From: Verrucomicrobiia bacterium | GTDB lineage: Bacteria; Verrucomicrobiota; Verrucomicrobiia; Limisphaerales; UBA11358 | DNA: 64,000 nucleotides | Reading direction: 5' to 3' | NCBI GenBank assembly: GCA_036490655.1 | Contig: DASXDM010000039.1 | Coordinates: 2,559-66,558 of the forward strand | Shown: piece by piece, positions 47,698-56,556 of the stretch | Position numbering within the stretch: position 1 is the stretch's first letter | Layout: every line of letters starts with the position of its first letter | Made by a program: the position numbers and the translations under genes | Notes under the pieces: generated by a model | What the model was told of the DNA's origin: nothing | The model's input: the letters and a program-made list of their open reading frames with translations, nothing else | Database searches by the model: none

Positions 47698-47844
47698 AAC
47701 CACCGCTCCCCAACTAATGGGTAAGCAAAAATTCTGGAAAAGTTCGGTTTTCGTTGGAAAATAAGCGGTTTTTTAGCAAGTCCGGTTTGGTTCGGCCCCT
47801 TGAACTGCCGGGCATTAACATCTAAATTTGAAAAGGAGTGAGCC

Positions 47845-50800
47845 ATGATTGACGCACGTGAGGAAGTACTGGGACCGGCAAAACAACAAACGGGTGCCCG
47901 ACGGGGAACAAAAGTGGCCGCCAGCCGCGAGACGAGACCAAAAGGAGGGAAGAAGTTCTTGAAGATCGAGCGCACATTCAGCGACGCCAAAGTGAAGCCG
48001 TTCGAACAGATCGAATGGGACAAGCGCACCGCCGAGATCACCGATGACGCCGGCAAAGTGATTTTCAAACAGGAAAATGTCGAAGTGCCCAAGTCCTGGT
48101 CGATTCTCGCCACCAAAGTCGTCGTCTCCAAATATTTTTACGGCGAACAACACACCTCCGAGCGCGAAACCTCCGTGCGCCAGCTCATCCATCGCATCGC
48201 CCGTACGATCGCGGATTGGGGTGTCGCTGACGGTTATTTCAGCGCTGCGGATGGCGAAGTCTTTTACGAAGAATTGGCGTGGCTGTGCGTGAACCAATAT
48301 GGCGCGTTCAATTCGCCGGTCTGGTTCAACGTCGGGCTGTATCATGAATACGGCATCGGCAAAAAATCCGGCAAAGGCAATTGGTTTTACAACCGCAAGA
48401 CCGGCGCCGCCGAGCGCGCCGAAACCCAATACGAATATCCCCAGGGCAGCGCGTGCTTCATCCAATCCGTCGAGGACAACATGGAGGACATCATGCGCCT
48501 GGCTTCGAGCGAAGCGATGCTTTTCAAATACGGCTCCGGCACCGGTACCGACCTCTCGCCGTTGCGCTCGAGCAAGGAAAAGCTGAGCGGCGGTGGACGC
48601 CCGAGTGGCCCGATGAGTTTCCTGAAAGTTTATGACCAGGTGGCCAATGTCGTGAAATCCGGCGGTAAAACCCGTCGCGCGGCCAAGATGAACACCCTGC
48701 GCGATTGGCATGGCGACATCGAGGAATTCATCGATGCCAAGCAAAAAGAGGAGAAGAAGGCCTGGGCCTTGATTGAGCAGGGCTATGACGGCTCGTACAA
48801 CGGCGATGCCTACGGCAGCGTGATGTATCAGAACGAAAATCTTTCCGTGCGCGCCAGCGACGAATTCATGCAGGCCGCGCTCTCCGGCAAGGAATGGTGG
48901 ACGCGCAGCATCACCAATGCCGGCAAACCGCTGGAAAAGAAAGATGCGGCCAAATTGTTGATGAAGATCGCCGAGGGCACCCATATCTGCGGTGACCCGG
49001 GCATGCAATACGACGGCGCCATCCAGAAATGGCATACCTGCAAAGGCACCGAGCCGATCCACTCCACCAATCCCTGCAGCGAATACGTTTTCATCAACAA
49101 TACCGCGTGCAACCTGGCGTCGTTGAACCTCATGAAGTTCAAGCGCGAGGACGATAAATTTGATGTGGCGCGCTTCAAAGCCGCCGTGCGCATTTTCATC
49201 ACCGCCCAGGAAATTCTGGTGGACAATGCCAGCTATCCCACCAAGGACATCGCGGAAAATTCCCATATCTACCGCACCCTCGGCCTGGGTTACGCCAACC
49301 TGGGCTCGCTCTGCATGAGCTACGGATTGCCGTATGACAGCGACGAAGGCCGCGCCCTCGCCGGTGCCATCACCTCCATCATGACCGGCCATGCTTACGA
49401 GCAAAGCGCCGAGATTTCCGCGAATATCGGCGCTTTCCCCGGCTATCGCGATGCCCGCTGCGCCCATGTGTTAAGGCCGTTGGCCAAGGACAACGTGGAG
49501 TCAACGCTCGGCGTCATCAAATTGCATCGTGACGCGGTGGAACAGATCCATCCCAGCGAGGAATTTGGTTATCTGAAGAATGAAGCGCGCAAGACATGGG
49601 ATGGCGCGCTCGCCCGCGGCAAACAGGTCGGCTATCGCAACGCCCAGGTCACTGTGCTCGCCCCGACCGGTACCATCGCCTTTCTCATGGATTGCGACAC
49701 CACCGGCGTGGAACCGGACATCGCCCTCGTGAAATACAAATTGCTCGCCGGCGGCGGCATGTTGAAGATCGTCAACCGCGGCGTTCCCCAGGCTTTGCAT
49801 CGGCTTGGGTATAATCCTAAAGAAGTCGAAAGCATCATCGCCCACATCGAAAAATTCGATACCATCGAAGACGTGGAGGAGAAGGGTGCGACGCTCAGGA
49901 GCGGGCTTAAGGCGGAGCATCTGCCGGTGTTCGATTGCGCGTTCAAGCCGCATCGCGGCAAGCGCAGCATCCATTACCTGGCCCATCTCAAGATGATGGC
50001 CGCCGCCCAGCCTTTCATCAGCGGCGCCATTTCCAAGACCGTCAACATGCCCTCGGAATGCACCGTGGAAGAGATCCGCGACACCTACGTGCAGGCGTGG
50101 AAAATGGGCCTCAAATGCGTGGCGATCTACCGCGATGGCTCCAAACGCTCCCAGCCGTTGAACACGAAAAAGACGAACGAAGGCGGAGACAAGAGCGCGC
50201 CGCAAAGTTCCGCTCTCGAAGGCAAAGTCAAAGAGTTGGAGAGCGAAGTCTCTAAATTGCAGAATGAAGCCGGCAAACCTTTGCGCCGCCGCCTGACCGA
50301 CACCCGCCAGGCGTTCACCCATAAATTTGATATCGCCGGCCATGAAGGCTATCTGACCGTTGGCCTGTTCGAAGACGGCCAGCCCGGCGAATTGTTCATC
50401 ACCATGGCCAAGGAAGGCTCGACCATCGGCGGTTTGATGGACGGCATCGGCACCCTGACCAGCATGGCGCTGCAATACGGTGTGCCCCTCGAGGCTCTCG
50501 TCCGCAAGTTTGCCCACCAGCGGTTTGAGCCGAGCGGTTTCACCAAGAACCCGGACATCCGCAACGCCTCCTCCATCACCGACTACGTTTTCCGCTGGCT
50601 CGCGTGGCAGTTCGTTCCCGGCTACCGCGAAAAGATCACGGAAGCCCGCAACCAGCCAGAGCTCGCGATTCCCGGCCTGGTCGAGGAAATGAAAAAAAAA
50701 ATAAACCGGCCGGTGCCTGAACTGCCCATCGCCGAAGAAGCCGATACCGTTTACCTGAAAAGTGCCAGCGCTCATAGTCGCGGCCTGACGCTCACGTCCA

Positions 50801-50913
50801 TGATTACCAACCAGCAGGACGCCCCGACCTGCCCGAACTGCGGCCATGTGGCCGTCCGCAATGGTGCCTGCTACAAATGTTTGAACTGCGGCGAAAGCCT
50901 CGGCTGCTCTTGA
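47845..50913 (+). CDS. nrdJ: adenosylcobalamin-dependent (class II) ribonucleotide reductase
   Basis: LKIERTFS..., NPCSEY active-site Cys, VLAPTGTIAFLMDCDTTGVEP, KTVNMP, and a C-terminal zinc ribbon CPNCG...CYKCLNCG. 1022 aa. Confidence 0.95.
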   Translation: MIDAREEVLGPAKQQTGARRGTKVAASRETRPKGGKKFLKIERTFSDAKVKPFEQIEWDKRTAEITDDAGKVIFKQENVEVPKSWSILATKVVVSKYFYGEQHTSERETSVRQLIHRIARTIADWGVADGYFSAADGEVFYEELAWLCVNQYGAFNSPVWFNVGLYHEYGIGKKSGKGNWFYNRKTGAAERAETQYEYPQGSACFIQSVEDNMEDIMRLASSEAMLFKYGSGTGTDLSPLRSSKEKLSGGGRPSGPMSFLKVYDQVANVVKSGGKTRRAAKMNTLRDWHGDIEEFIDAKQKEEKKAWALIEQGYDGSYNGDAYGSVMYQNENLSVRASDEFMQAALSGKEWWTRSITNAGKPLEKKDAAKLLMKIAEGTHICGDPGMQYDGAIQKWHTCKGTEPIHSTNPCSEYVFINNTACNLASLNLMKFKREDDKFDVARFKAAVRIFITAQEILVDNASYPTKDIAENSHIYRTLGLGYANLGSLCMSYGLPYDSDEGRALAGAITSIMTGHAYEQSAEISANIGAFPGYRDARCAHVLRPLAKDNVESTLGVIKLHRDAVEQIHPSEEFGYLKNEARKTWDGALARGKQVGYRNAQVTVLAPTGTIAFLMDCDTTGVEPDIALVKYKLLAGGGMLKIVNRGVPQALHRLGYNPKEVESIIAHIEKFDTIEDVEEKGATLRSGLKAEHLPVFDCAFKPHRGKRSIHYLAHLKMMAAAQPFISGAISKTVNMPSECTVEEIRDTYVQAWKMGLKCVAIYRDGSKRSQPLNTKKTNEGGDKSAPQSSALEGKVKELESEVSKLQNEAGKPLRRRLTDTRQAFTHKFDIAGHEGYLTVGLFEDGQPGELFITMAKEGSTIGGLMDGIGTLTSMALQYGVPLEALVRKFAHQRFEPSGFTKNPDIRNASSITDYVFRWLAWQFVPGYREKITEARNQPELAIPGLVEEMKKKINRPVPELPIAEEADTVYLKSASAHSRGLTLTSMITNQQDAPTCPNCGHVAVRNGACYKCLNCGESLGCS

Positions 50914-50935
50914 CGAACCGGGTGGGAGGAACCAA

Positions 50936-50965
50936 GGCCGGAGATTCAATCTCCGGCCTTTTTTA
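50936..50965 (+). terminator. intrinsic terminator after nrdJ
   Basis: GGCCGGAG-attcaat-CTCCGGCC followed by TTTTTT. Confidence 0.8.
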
Positions 50966-51135
50966 TTGGTAGGGCGAACAATGGCAAGTTGCGCCACGGC
51001 TCCGCGAGCCGTTCCTTCTTGGTTCGGGTGGAACGGGCTACCAGCCCGTTACGGTTGGCAACTTGCCGACCGATTCTTTCTTCTTTTAGTGCCTTCCCCG
51101 GTGGGGCGAGCCTCCCGCCGAGCCCTGACTTAGCA
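50966..51135. repeat. cluster of GC-rich REP-like palindromic elements
   Basis: CGGGCT-acc-AGCCCG (51034-51048). ttGGCAAcTTGCCg (51055-51068) is the same 14-mer as at 29135-29148. ggggcgagcctcccgccgagccctga (51103-51128) resembles 61224-61248. Confidence 0.45.
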
Positions 51136-51207
51136 ATTGGGGAGCGCACGTCCCGATGAATCGGAATGCCGTTTTGCGCGCCTCGCGCAAAACATTTGTT
51201 AGCTGCG

Positions 51208-51885
51208 TCATGGTTTTTGTTTCCCAACGATTGAGATTATCGTAGTCGGATCCCAAGTGCCTGTGAGATTCAAAAAAACGCCAATCTGTGCGGGGGCATA
51301 GTTGATTGAGTGTCCGTTCACATTTTCAGAAGTGGAAAAACCTGGTTTCCCGTAGGACTGCTCTAAAAGATTCTGTGTTTCCTTAAAGCGGTCGCCGTCC
51401 AAAATGATAACATCCTCATTTGTTCGCGACGCACGAAACCAACTCGCCTCAACCGCCGGCAGCGCATTGGTGGTCGTGTGGCCGCCACGATTTGTTATGC
51501 ACTGCAACAACATTGTTCCGAGGTTACCTGAGCCTTTCGTGATAGGCGGCTTATCGCCGCTTAAGAATGTCGTCGGCGGGTCAGAATCCATGGGCAAATA
51601 AAATATTTCTGAGCCGGAATTCACCTCAAGGTATTGTCTGTCAAAGTCGCCCGGTGACTTGTGCTCAAAACTGATCCCTTCAATGCCATTGCTGGTTTCG
51701 ATCCAGGATAGTTCTGTCAGATTGTATGTGAAAGGAGGATAAGGCAACGTAGTTCTACAAACACCGATATTATCGGTATTCCCAGAGTAGGTGCCTGTGC
51801 TATAAACCTGCGCCCGGCACGTCATACAGGCGGCCAATACGCCAGCGGCAAGTATTCCGAATGGCAATATGCTGTTTCGATTCAT
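51208..51885 (-). CDS. secreted protein of unknown function
   Basis: ATG 51885 gives the signal peptide MNRNSILPFGILAAGVLAACMTCRAQV. The region looks visibly lower in GC. I recognise no motif. Confidence 0.5.
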   Translation of the reverse strand: MNRNSILPFGILAAGVLAACMTCRAQVYSTGTYSGNTDNIGVCRTTLPYPPFTYNLTELSWIETSNGIEGISFEHKSPGDFDRQYLEVNSGSEIFYLPMDSDPPTTFLSGDKPPITKGSGNLGTMLLQCITNRGGHTTTNALPAVEASWFRASRTNEDVIILDGDRFKETQNLLEQSYGKPGFSTSENVNGHSINYAPAQIGVFLNLTGTWDPTTIISIVGKQKP

Positions 51886-52198
51886 AACAAAACGCCAGAT
51901 GACTAACCAATAGACACGAACGGCTCTTTCGTGGTTCATTTTATGTTTCCCGGCAACATTACGCTTTCCCTTCTTTCTGTTTAAATCCTATCGGATGAGA
52001 ACTGTTTTCGAAATTATGTCTGGAGACCGGTCCGGAAGTTTTGGCCAATCTCGCACCCCACGCTTACAACCCTCACACCCCGCGCCTGTCTTAGGTAGGG
52101 CGCGTCACTCCGTGCTTTCATTCTTAATTCCCCTTTCCTCCATAATCCTAATCTTACTCTTACTCCCCCCTCGCACCTTCTTAAATACCCCTTTTCTG

Positions 52199-52305
52199 CA
52201 AAACGAACCCAAACTTTTCGCTCTCATTTTTACGTTCAACCAATTTAAAAACAGCAACTTACGTAACTGCCGTTAAAAAATGTGCCTCACCAAAACGAAC
52301 CCAAA
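52199..52305 (+). repeat. exact 15-mer direct repeat caaaacgaacccaaa inside a G-depleted tract
   Basis: Copies at 52199-52213 and 52291-52305. They are embedded in a region from about 52115 to 52330 where G is nearly absent on the + strand. Confidence 0.6.
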
Positions 52306-52369
52306 ACGATGCCACTCATGCAAATCAACCGGCTTGTTTCACGGTCCACCCCCGTCTATTGTTTCCCCC

Positions 52370-53047
52370 ATGAGCGACACCACCTTTCTCATGCGCGAGG
52401 ATCCCTGGCGTATTTTCCGGATCATGGCGGAATTCGTTGATTCCTTCCAAACCATGTCCCAGGTCGGCCCGGCCGTGACCATTTTCGGCTCCGCCCGCAC
52501 CAAACCGAGTGACAAGTACTATCGTGCCGCCCGGACCATCGGTAAAAAACTGGCGCAGCACAACCTGGCGGTCATCACCGGCGGCGGTCCCGGTATCATG
52601 GAAGCCGCGAACAAAGGCGCGAGTCAGGCTGGCGGAAAATCCGTCGGCCTCAACATTGAGTTGCCCAAAGAGCAGTTCGCCAATCCGAATTCCAATATCC
52701 CGATCCATTTCCATTATTTTTTCGCGCGCAAAGTTTGCTTCGTCAAATACAGCCTTGGGTTTGTCTACATGCCGGGGGGCTGTGGCACGCTCGATGAACT
52801 GTTCGAGGTCCTGACCCTCGTTCAGACCGAGCGCATCCCTCAATTTCCCTTGATCCTCTTTGGCAGCGATTATTGGCGCGGGCTTTTGAAATGGATGAAG
52901 TCCCAGATGTTGGACAAGCATGGTTACATCGGCCCCGATGACCTGGACTTGCTGAAGATCACCGATGATCCGGATGAAGTCGTGCGCATCATCATGGAGT
53001 ATGAACGCCGTGCCGGCGCACCGGCTTTGCCGCAGGCCTTTGCGTGA
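52370..53047 (+). CDS. LOG-family (TIGR00730-type) nucleotide phosphoribohydrolase
   Basis: GGGPGIMEAANKGA and PGGCGTLDELFE motifs. Start at ATG 52370. Confidence 0.9.
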   Translation: MSDTTFLMREDPWRIFRIMAEFVDSFQTMSQVGPAVTIFGSARTKPSDKYYRAARTIGKKLAQHNLAVITGGGPGIMEAANKGASQAGGKSVGLNIELPKEQFANPNSNIPIHFHYFFARKVCFVKYSLGFVYMPGGCGTLDELFEVLTLVQTERIPQFPLILFGSDYWRGLLKWMKSQMLDKHGYIGPDDLDLLKITDDPDEVVRIIMEYERRAGAPALPQAFA

Positions 53048-54501
53048 TGCATCCGCTGGTTGAAGAAATATCAGGCGGGCCCGGCCCCGGCCCCGAATCG
53101 CTCGTCGAAAATTTGCGCGGCGCCGCTGGAATTGTCCTGCTGCGAACCTCCTCCTTTGACTCGCCTGCCGCGCGCTATTCCTTCGTCGCAGCGAAACCTT
53201 TTTTGACTTTCCGTTCGTACGGCTCGCAATGTGAATTGCGTTTCGATGGGGAAACCCAGCTTCATTTCGGCAGTCCCTGGCAAACTTTGGATGCGCTGAT
53301 GTCTCGATTTGAATTGCTCGATGAGATCGATTTGCCGTTTCCGCTGGGCGGCTGTTTTGGGTTTTGGGGCTATGACCTGAAAAATTTTACCGAGCCCAAG
53401 CTGCCGCGCCGCGCGATTTGCGATCTGGAATTGCCCGACTGTCATGTCGGCTTCTATGACAGCCTCGTGGTCTTTGACCATCAGATCGGCAAAACTTTCA
53501 TTGTTTCCACTGGATTAAGCGCTGACGGCTCACGTAGCGAGCCCCGGGCCAGGGAACACGTGGAATTTTGGAGACAAAAATTGTCCAGTTGCTCCGACCA
53601 GATTCAGAGCCCCGGGGCAACCCTCCGGAATCCGGTCGTTTCCAATATTGGACGTAATGATTTTCTTTCCGCCGTTGCGAAAGCGCAGGACTACATCCAG
53701 GCCGGCCATATTTACCAGGTCAACTTGTCGCAGCGGCTTACTGCCTCTGGCGATCTCTCCGGCTGGGAACTTTTTCAAAGGTTAAGCGCCGTTTCGCCGG
53801 CGCCCTATTCCGCCTTTCTCGACTGTGGCGATCATCAGATCGTTTCCACGTCGCCTGAACAATTCCTGCGCATGAGCGGTTCGCAGATCATCACCCGGCC
53901 CATCAAAGGCACCCGCCCGCGCGACCCGGATACGACCCGTGATGCGCAGCTTGCTTATGAGCTTCAAACCAGTCCTAAAGAGCTTGCCGAACTGGTGATG
54001 ATCACCGACTTGCTTCGGAATGATTTGGGAAAGGTGTGCGAATTTGGGTCCGTGCGCGTGCCGGACCTGGCCAGGCTGGAAAAATTCGCGCAAGTGCAGC
54101 ACTTGGTGTCAACCGTCGAGGGGCGCTTGCGACAAGGGATGACTCATTTTGCCGCGTTTGCTTCGTGCTTCCCCGGCGGCAGCATCACCGGCGCGCCAAA
54201 ATTTCGTGCCATGGAGATCATCGACGAGTTGGAGCCCGTTTCGCGCGGGCCTTACTGTGGCTGCCATGGCTATTTGGGTTTCAATCGCGAAAGCCAGTTG
54301 AGCATCACCATCCGGACAGCGCTATGTGCGGGAGACAAGATTCATTTCAACGTCGGCGCGGGAATTGTCGCCGACTCGGACCCGGAGTCGGAATACGCAG
54401 AAACACTGGCCAAAGCGCGCGGTTTTTTCGAAGCCTGGCAACTTCAACCCAGGGCGATGCCCGGAATGATTCCTTCAAATGATCATCCTTCTCAACGGTA
54501 A
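53047..54501 (+). CDS. pabB: aminodeoxychorismate synthase component I (chorismate-binding enzyme)
   Basis: Chorismate-binding C-terminus PGGSITGAPKFRAMEIIDELE...RGPYCG. It is followed by a class-IV aminotransferase (pabC-like). The ATG overlaps the LOG stop by 1 nt. Confidence 0.8.
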   Translation: MHPLVEEISGGPGPGPESLVENLRGAAGIVLLRTSSFDSPAARYSFVAAKPFLTFRSYGSQCELRFDGETQLHFGSPWQTLDALMSRFELLDEIDLPFPLGGCFGFWGYDLKNFTEPKLPRRAICDLELPDCHVGFYDSLVVFDHQIGKTFIVSTGLSADGSRSEPRAREHVEFWRQKLSSCSDQIQSPGATLRNPVVSNIGRNDFLSAVAKAQDYIQAGHIYQVNLSQRLTASGDLSGWELFQRLSAVSPAPYSAFLDCGDHQIVSTSPEQFLRMSGSQIITRPIKGTRPRDPDTTRDAQLAYELQTSPKELAELVMITDLLRNDLGKVCEFGSVRVPDLARLEKFAQVQHLVSTVEGRLRQGMTHFAAFASCFPGGSITGAPKFRAMEIIDELEPVSRGPYCGCHGYLGFNRESQLSITIRTALCAGDKIHFNVGAGIVADSDPESEYAETLAKARGFFEAWQLQPRAMPGMIPSNDHPSQR

Positions 54502-55312
54502 ATTCGTTCCGGAAAACCGCGCGGTGGTCTCCATCTTCGACCGCGGCTTTCTTTACGGCGATGGACTGTTTGAAACCATTCGCATCGTCAATGGCCGTCC
54601 ATTTCGCTGGGAGGCACATTGGAAGCGATTGGAGAACGGCGCAAAATTTTTAAAGATCAAATTGCCGATGCCGGGAAAGAAAGCGCGCGCGTTGGCCGAA
54701 CAACTGGTCGTAAAAAATCGGATGCCGGATTCGCTCTTGCGGCTCGCGCTCTCCCGGGGCATCGGCGTGCGCGGCTATTCTCCAAAAAATGCGACGCATC
54801 CGACCTTCGCCATGACTTTGCACCCCGCGCCAGAGATCGGAAAACAACCAGTCCGATGGAAATTGATCACGTCCTCATTCCGGTTGCCGGTCGGTGAACC
54901 ATTGGCGCAATTTAAGACTGCCAACAAATTGCCACAAATCCTTGCGCGCGCTGAAGCAGATGCCGCCGGTGCAGACGAGGCGTTGCTTCTGAACACGGAT
55001 GGCTTTGTGGTGGAAGGTGCCAGCAGCAACCTGTTCTGGATCGAGCACAAGACGGTTTGTACGCCTCCCCTGGCAGCCGGAATTTTGCCGGGAGTTACGC
55101 GCGAGATCGTGCAGGAAATCTGTCAGCGAAGTAAAATTGCCGTCCGGGAAAAGTCCATTCGGTCGAAAGCTTTGAAACGGGCTGACGGCATATTTCTCTC
55201 GCTCACCTCATGGGGGATAGTCGAGGCGAAATCGTTGGATGGTAAAGGTTTGAAGCAGTCGCCCATCATCGGCCGGATCGCCGGGCGATACAACGGATGG
55301 TTTTTGAAATAA
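54479..55312 (+). CDS. pabC: aminodeoxychorismate lyase / class-IV aminotransferase
   Basis: Fold-type IV pattern (DRGFLYGDGLFETIR..., ...FKTANKLPQILA..., GILPGVTRE). It overlaps the pabB 3' end by 23 nt. Confidence 0.75.
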   Translation: MIILLNGKFVPENRAVVSIFDRGFLYGDGLFETIRIVNGRPFRWEAHWKRLENGAKFLKIKLPMPGKKARALAEQLVVKNRMPDSLLRLALSRGIGVRGYSPKNATHPTFAMTLHPAPEIGKQPVRWKLITSSFRLPVGEPLAQFKTANKLPQILARAEADAAGADEALLLNTDGFVVEGASSNLFWIEHKTVCTPPLAAGILPGVTREIVQEICQRSKIAVREKSIRSKALKRADGIFLSLTSWGIVEAKSLDGKGLKQSPIIGRIAGRYNGWFLK

Positions 55313-55369
55313 TCCGGATCGTTGGTTTCAATACTTGAAACTTGAATCCTGAATCTTGAGACTGATTTC

Positions 55370-56452
55370 GTGCCTGGCCGATCAAAGCCGAGATATCAGA
55401 TGCCGCGTTCCCGAAAAAAGCGCGGCGGTGGTTCCATTTGGTTCATCGTTGTGATCATCCTTGCGGGCGGCCTTTATTTTCTTTGGCATCAAACTCCCTC
55501 AAAGAAACCCGTCCCGCCTCAGCGATTGGCCGTACCCAAAAAACCGCCCGCGCCCTTGACCGTTTCGCAGCAGGCCCCCTCCGACTTTCCCCGGCCCGTC
55601 CATGATGTTCTTGAAGCGCAAGTGGCATTGGTGCGCCGCGGGATTTCGCCCGGCGCCATCGATGCCGCGCTGGGCTCGCAAACGCGCGAGGCGCTCACCG
55701 TGTTTCAACAAAACCAAAATCTTCCGCTGACCGGTAAACTGGACGACGCCACGCGCGGCAAACTCACCCTGGATGCTCCCATCCTGACGACTTATCTGGT
55801 GACGACTAACGATTTGGCGAATTTACAGCCGCTGGGGAAAACCTGGCTGGAAAAATCCCAGCAATCAGAGCTTGCCTACGAAACCGAGCTGGAATTGGTC
55901 TCGGAAAAAGCGCACTCAAACCCACTGCTCATCAAGCGACTGAATCCAAATGTCAATTGGACCAATGTCTCGGCCGGGACAACATTGGAGATTCCGGATG
56001 TCAATTATCCCGACCCGGCAAGCCAGGCCGCATTTGTCATCATCCATTTGTCCGACAAGTTTTTGGAAGCGTTCGATGGAGACACGAACCTGCTGGTGCA
56101 TTTTCCCTGCAGTATAGCGGCCAAAGTCGAGAAGCGCCCCGTCGGCGAACTGCACGTCATCGCAATCATCCCCCATCCAAATTATACCGTTGATCCGGAA
56201 CTTTTTCCGGATTCAGTGGAATTAGCCGCGCTCAAACACAAACTGATCCTGCCTCCCGGCCCCAGAAACCCGGTGGGAGTGGCCTGGATGGGGCTGGACC
56301 GGACCGGTTATGGCATCCATGGCACACCCAATCCGGAAGAAGTGGGCCGCACCGAATCGCACGGCTGTTTTCGCCTGGCGAATTGGGATGCGGAATATTT
56401 GCTGAAATTAGTCTGGATCGGCATGCCGGTCGTCGTTGTTGTCGAGGAGTGA
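55370..56452 (+). CDS. L,D-transpeptidase (YkuD) with a peptidoglycan-binding domain
   Basis: N-terminal TM anchor. PG_binding-like LTVFQQNQNLPLTGKLD. YkuD catalytic motif HGTPNPEEVGRTESHGCFRL. An alternative ATG lies at 55400. Confidence 0.85.
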   Translation: MPGRSKPRYQMPRSRKKRGGGSIWFIVVIILAGGLYFLWHQTPSKKPVPPQRLAVPKKPPAPLTVSQQAPSDFPRPVHDVLEAQVALVRRGISPGAIDAALGSQTREALTVFQQNQNLPLTGKLDDATRGKLTLDAPILTTYLVTTNDLANLQPLGKTWLEKSQQSELAYETELELVSEKAHSNPLLIKRLNPNVNWTNVSAGTTLEIPDVNYPDPASQAAFVIIHLSDKFLEAFDGDTNLLVHFPCSIAAKVEKRPVGELHVIAIIPHPNYTVDPELFPDSVELAALKHKLILPPGPRNPVGVAWMGLDRTGYGIHGTPNPEEVGRTESHGCFRLANWDAEYLLKLVWIGMPVVVVVEE

Positions 56453-56556
56453 CAATGGCCCTTGCTAGGGATTTCATTTTGGATTAAGGTTATTGCAATT
56501 TGCCCTGACGACTGCTTGATTGAGCCGCCAGATATCAGTGGAAGGTATTGCTCGAG

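Noticed and set aside
47453-47844. Cobalamin riboswitch or NrdR boxes in the nrdJ leader
   Set aside because: I could not find a B12-box-like sequence (such as AGYCMGGAGACCKGCC) or the conserved riboswitch core. The only NrdR-like match (gcacaataggtggtgg, about 11/16 to a consensus recalled from memory) lacks a convincing second box at about 31-32 nt. I kept it only as a weak remark.
47815-50997. Very long antisense ORFs (550 aa at 47815-49467 and 498 aa at 49501-50997) opposite nrdJ
   Set aside because: Their codons are in register with the sense codons, so an antisense stop requires the sense codons TTA, CTA or TCA, which are rare in this GC-rich gene. The translations are low-complexity (G/A/R/H-rich) with no motifs, whereas the sense strand encodes an unmistakable class II RNR. 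These are shadow ORFs.
50946-51227. Listed ORFs in intergenic regions: 50946-51227 (93 aa), 51995-52276 (93 aa), 63724-63996 (90 aa) and 5204-5572 (122 aa)
   Set aside because: They run across REP-like palindromes or the G-depleted tract. They have odd composition and no start context or motifs, so they are most likely non-coding.
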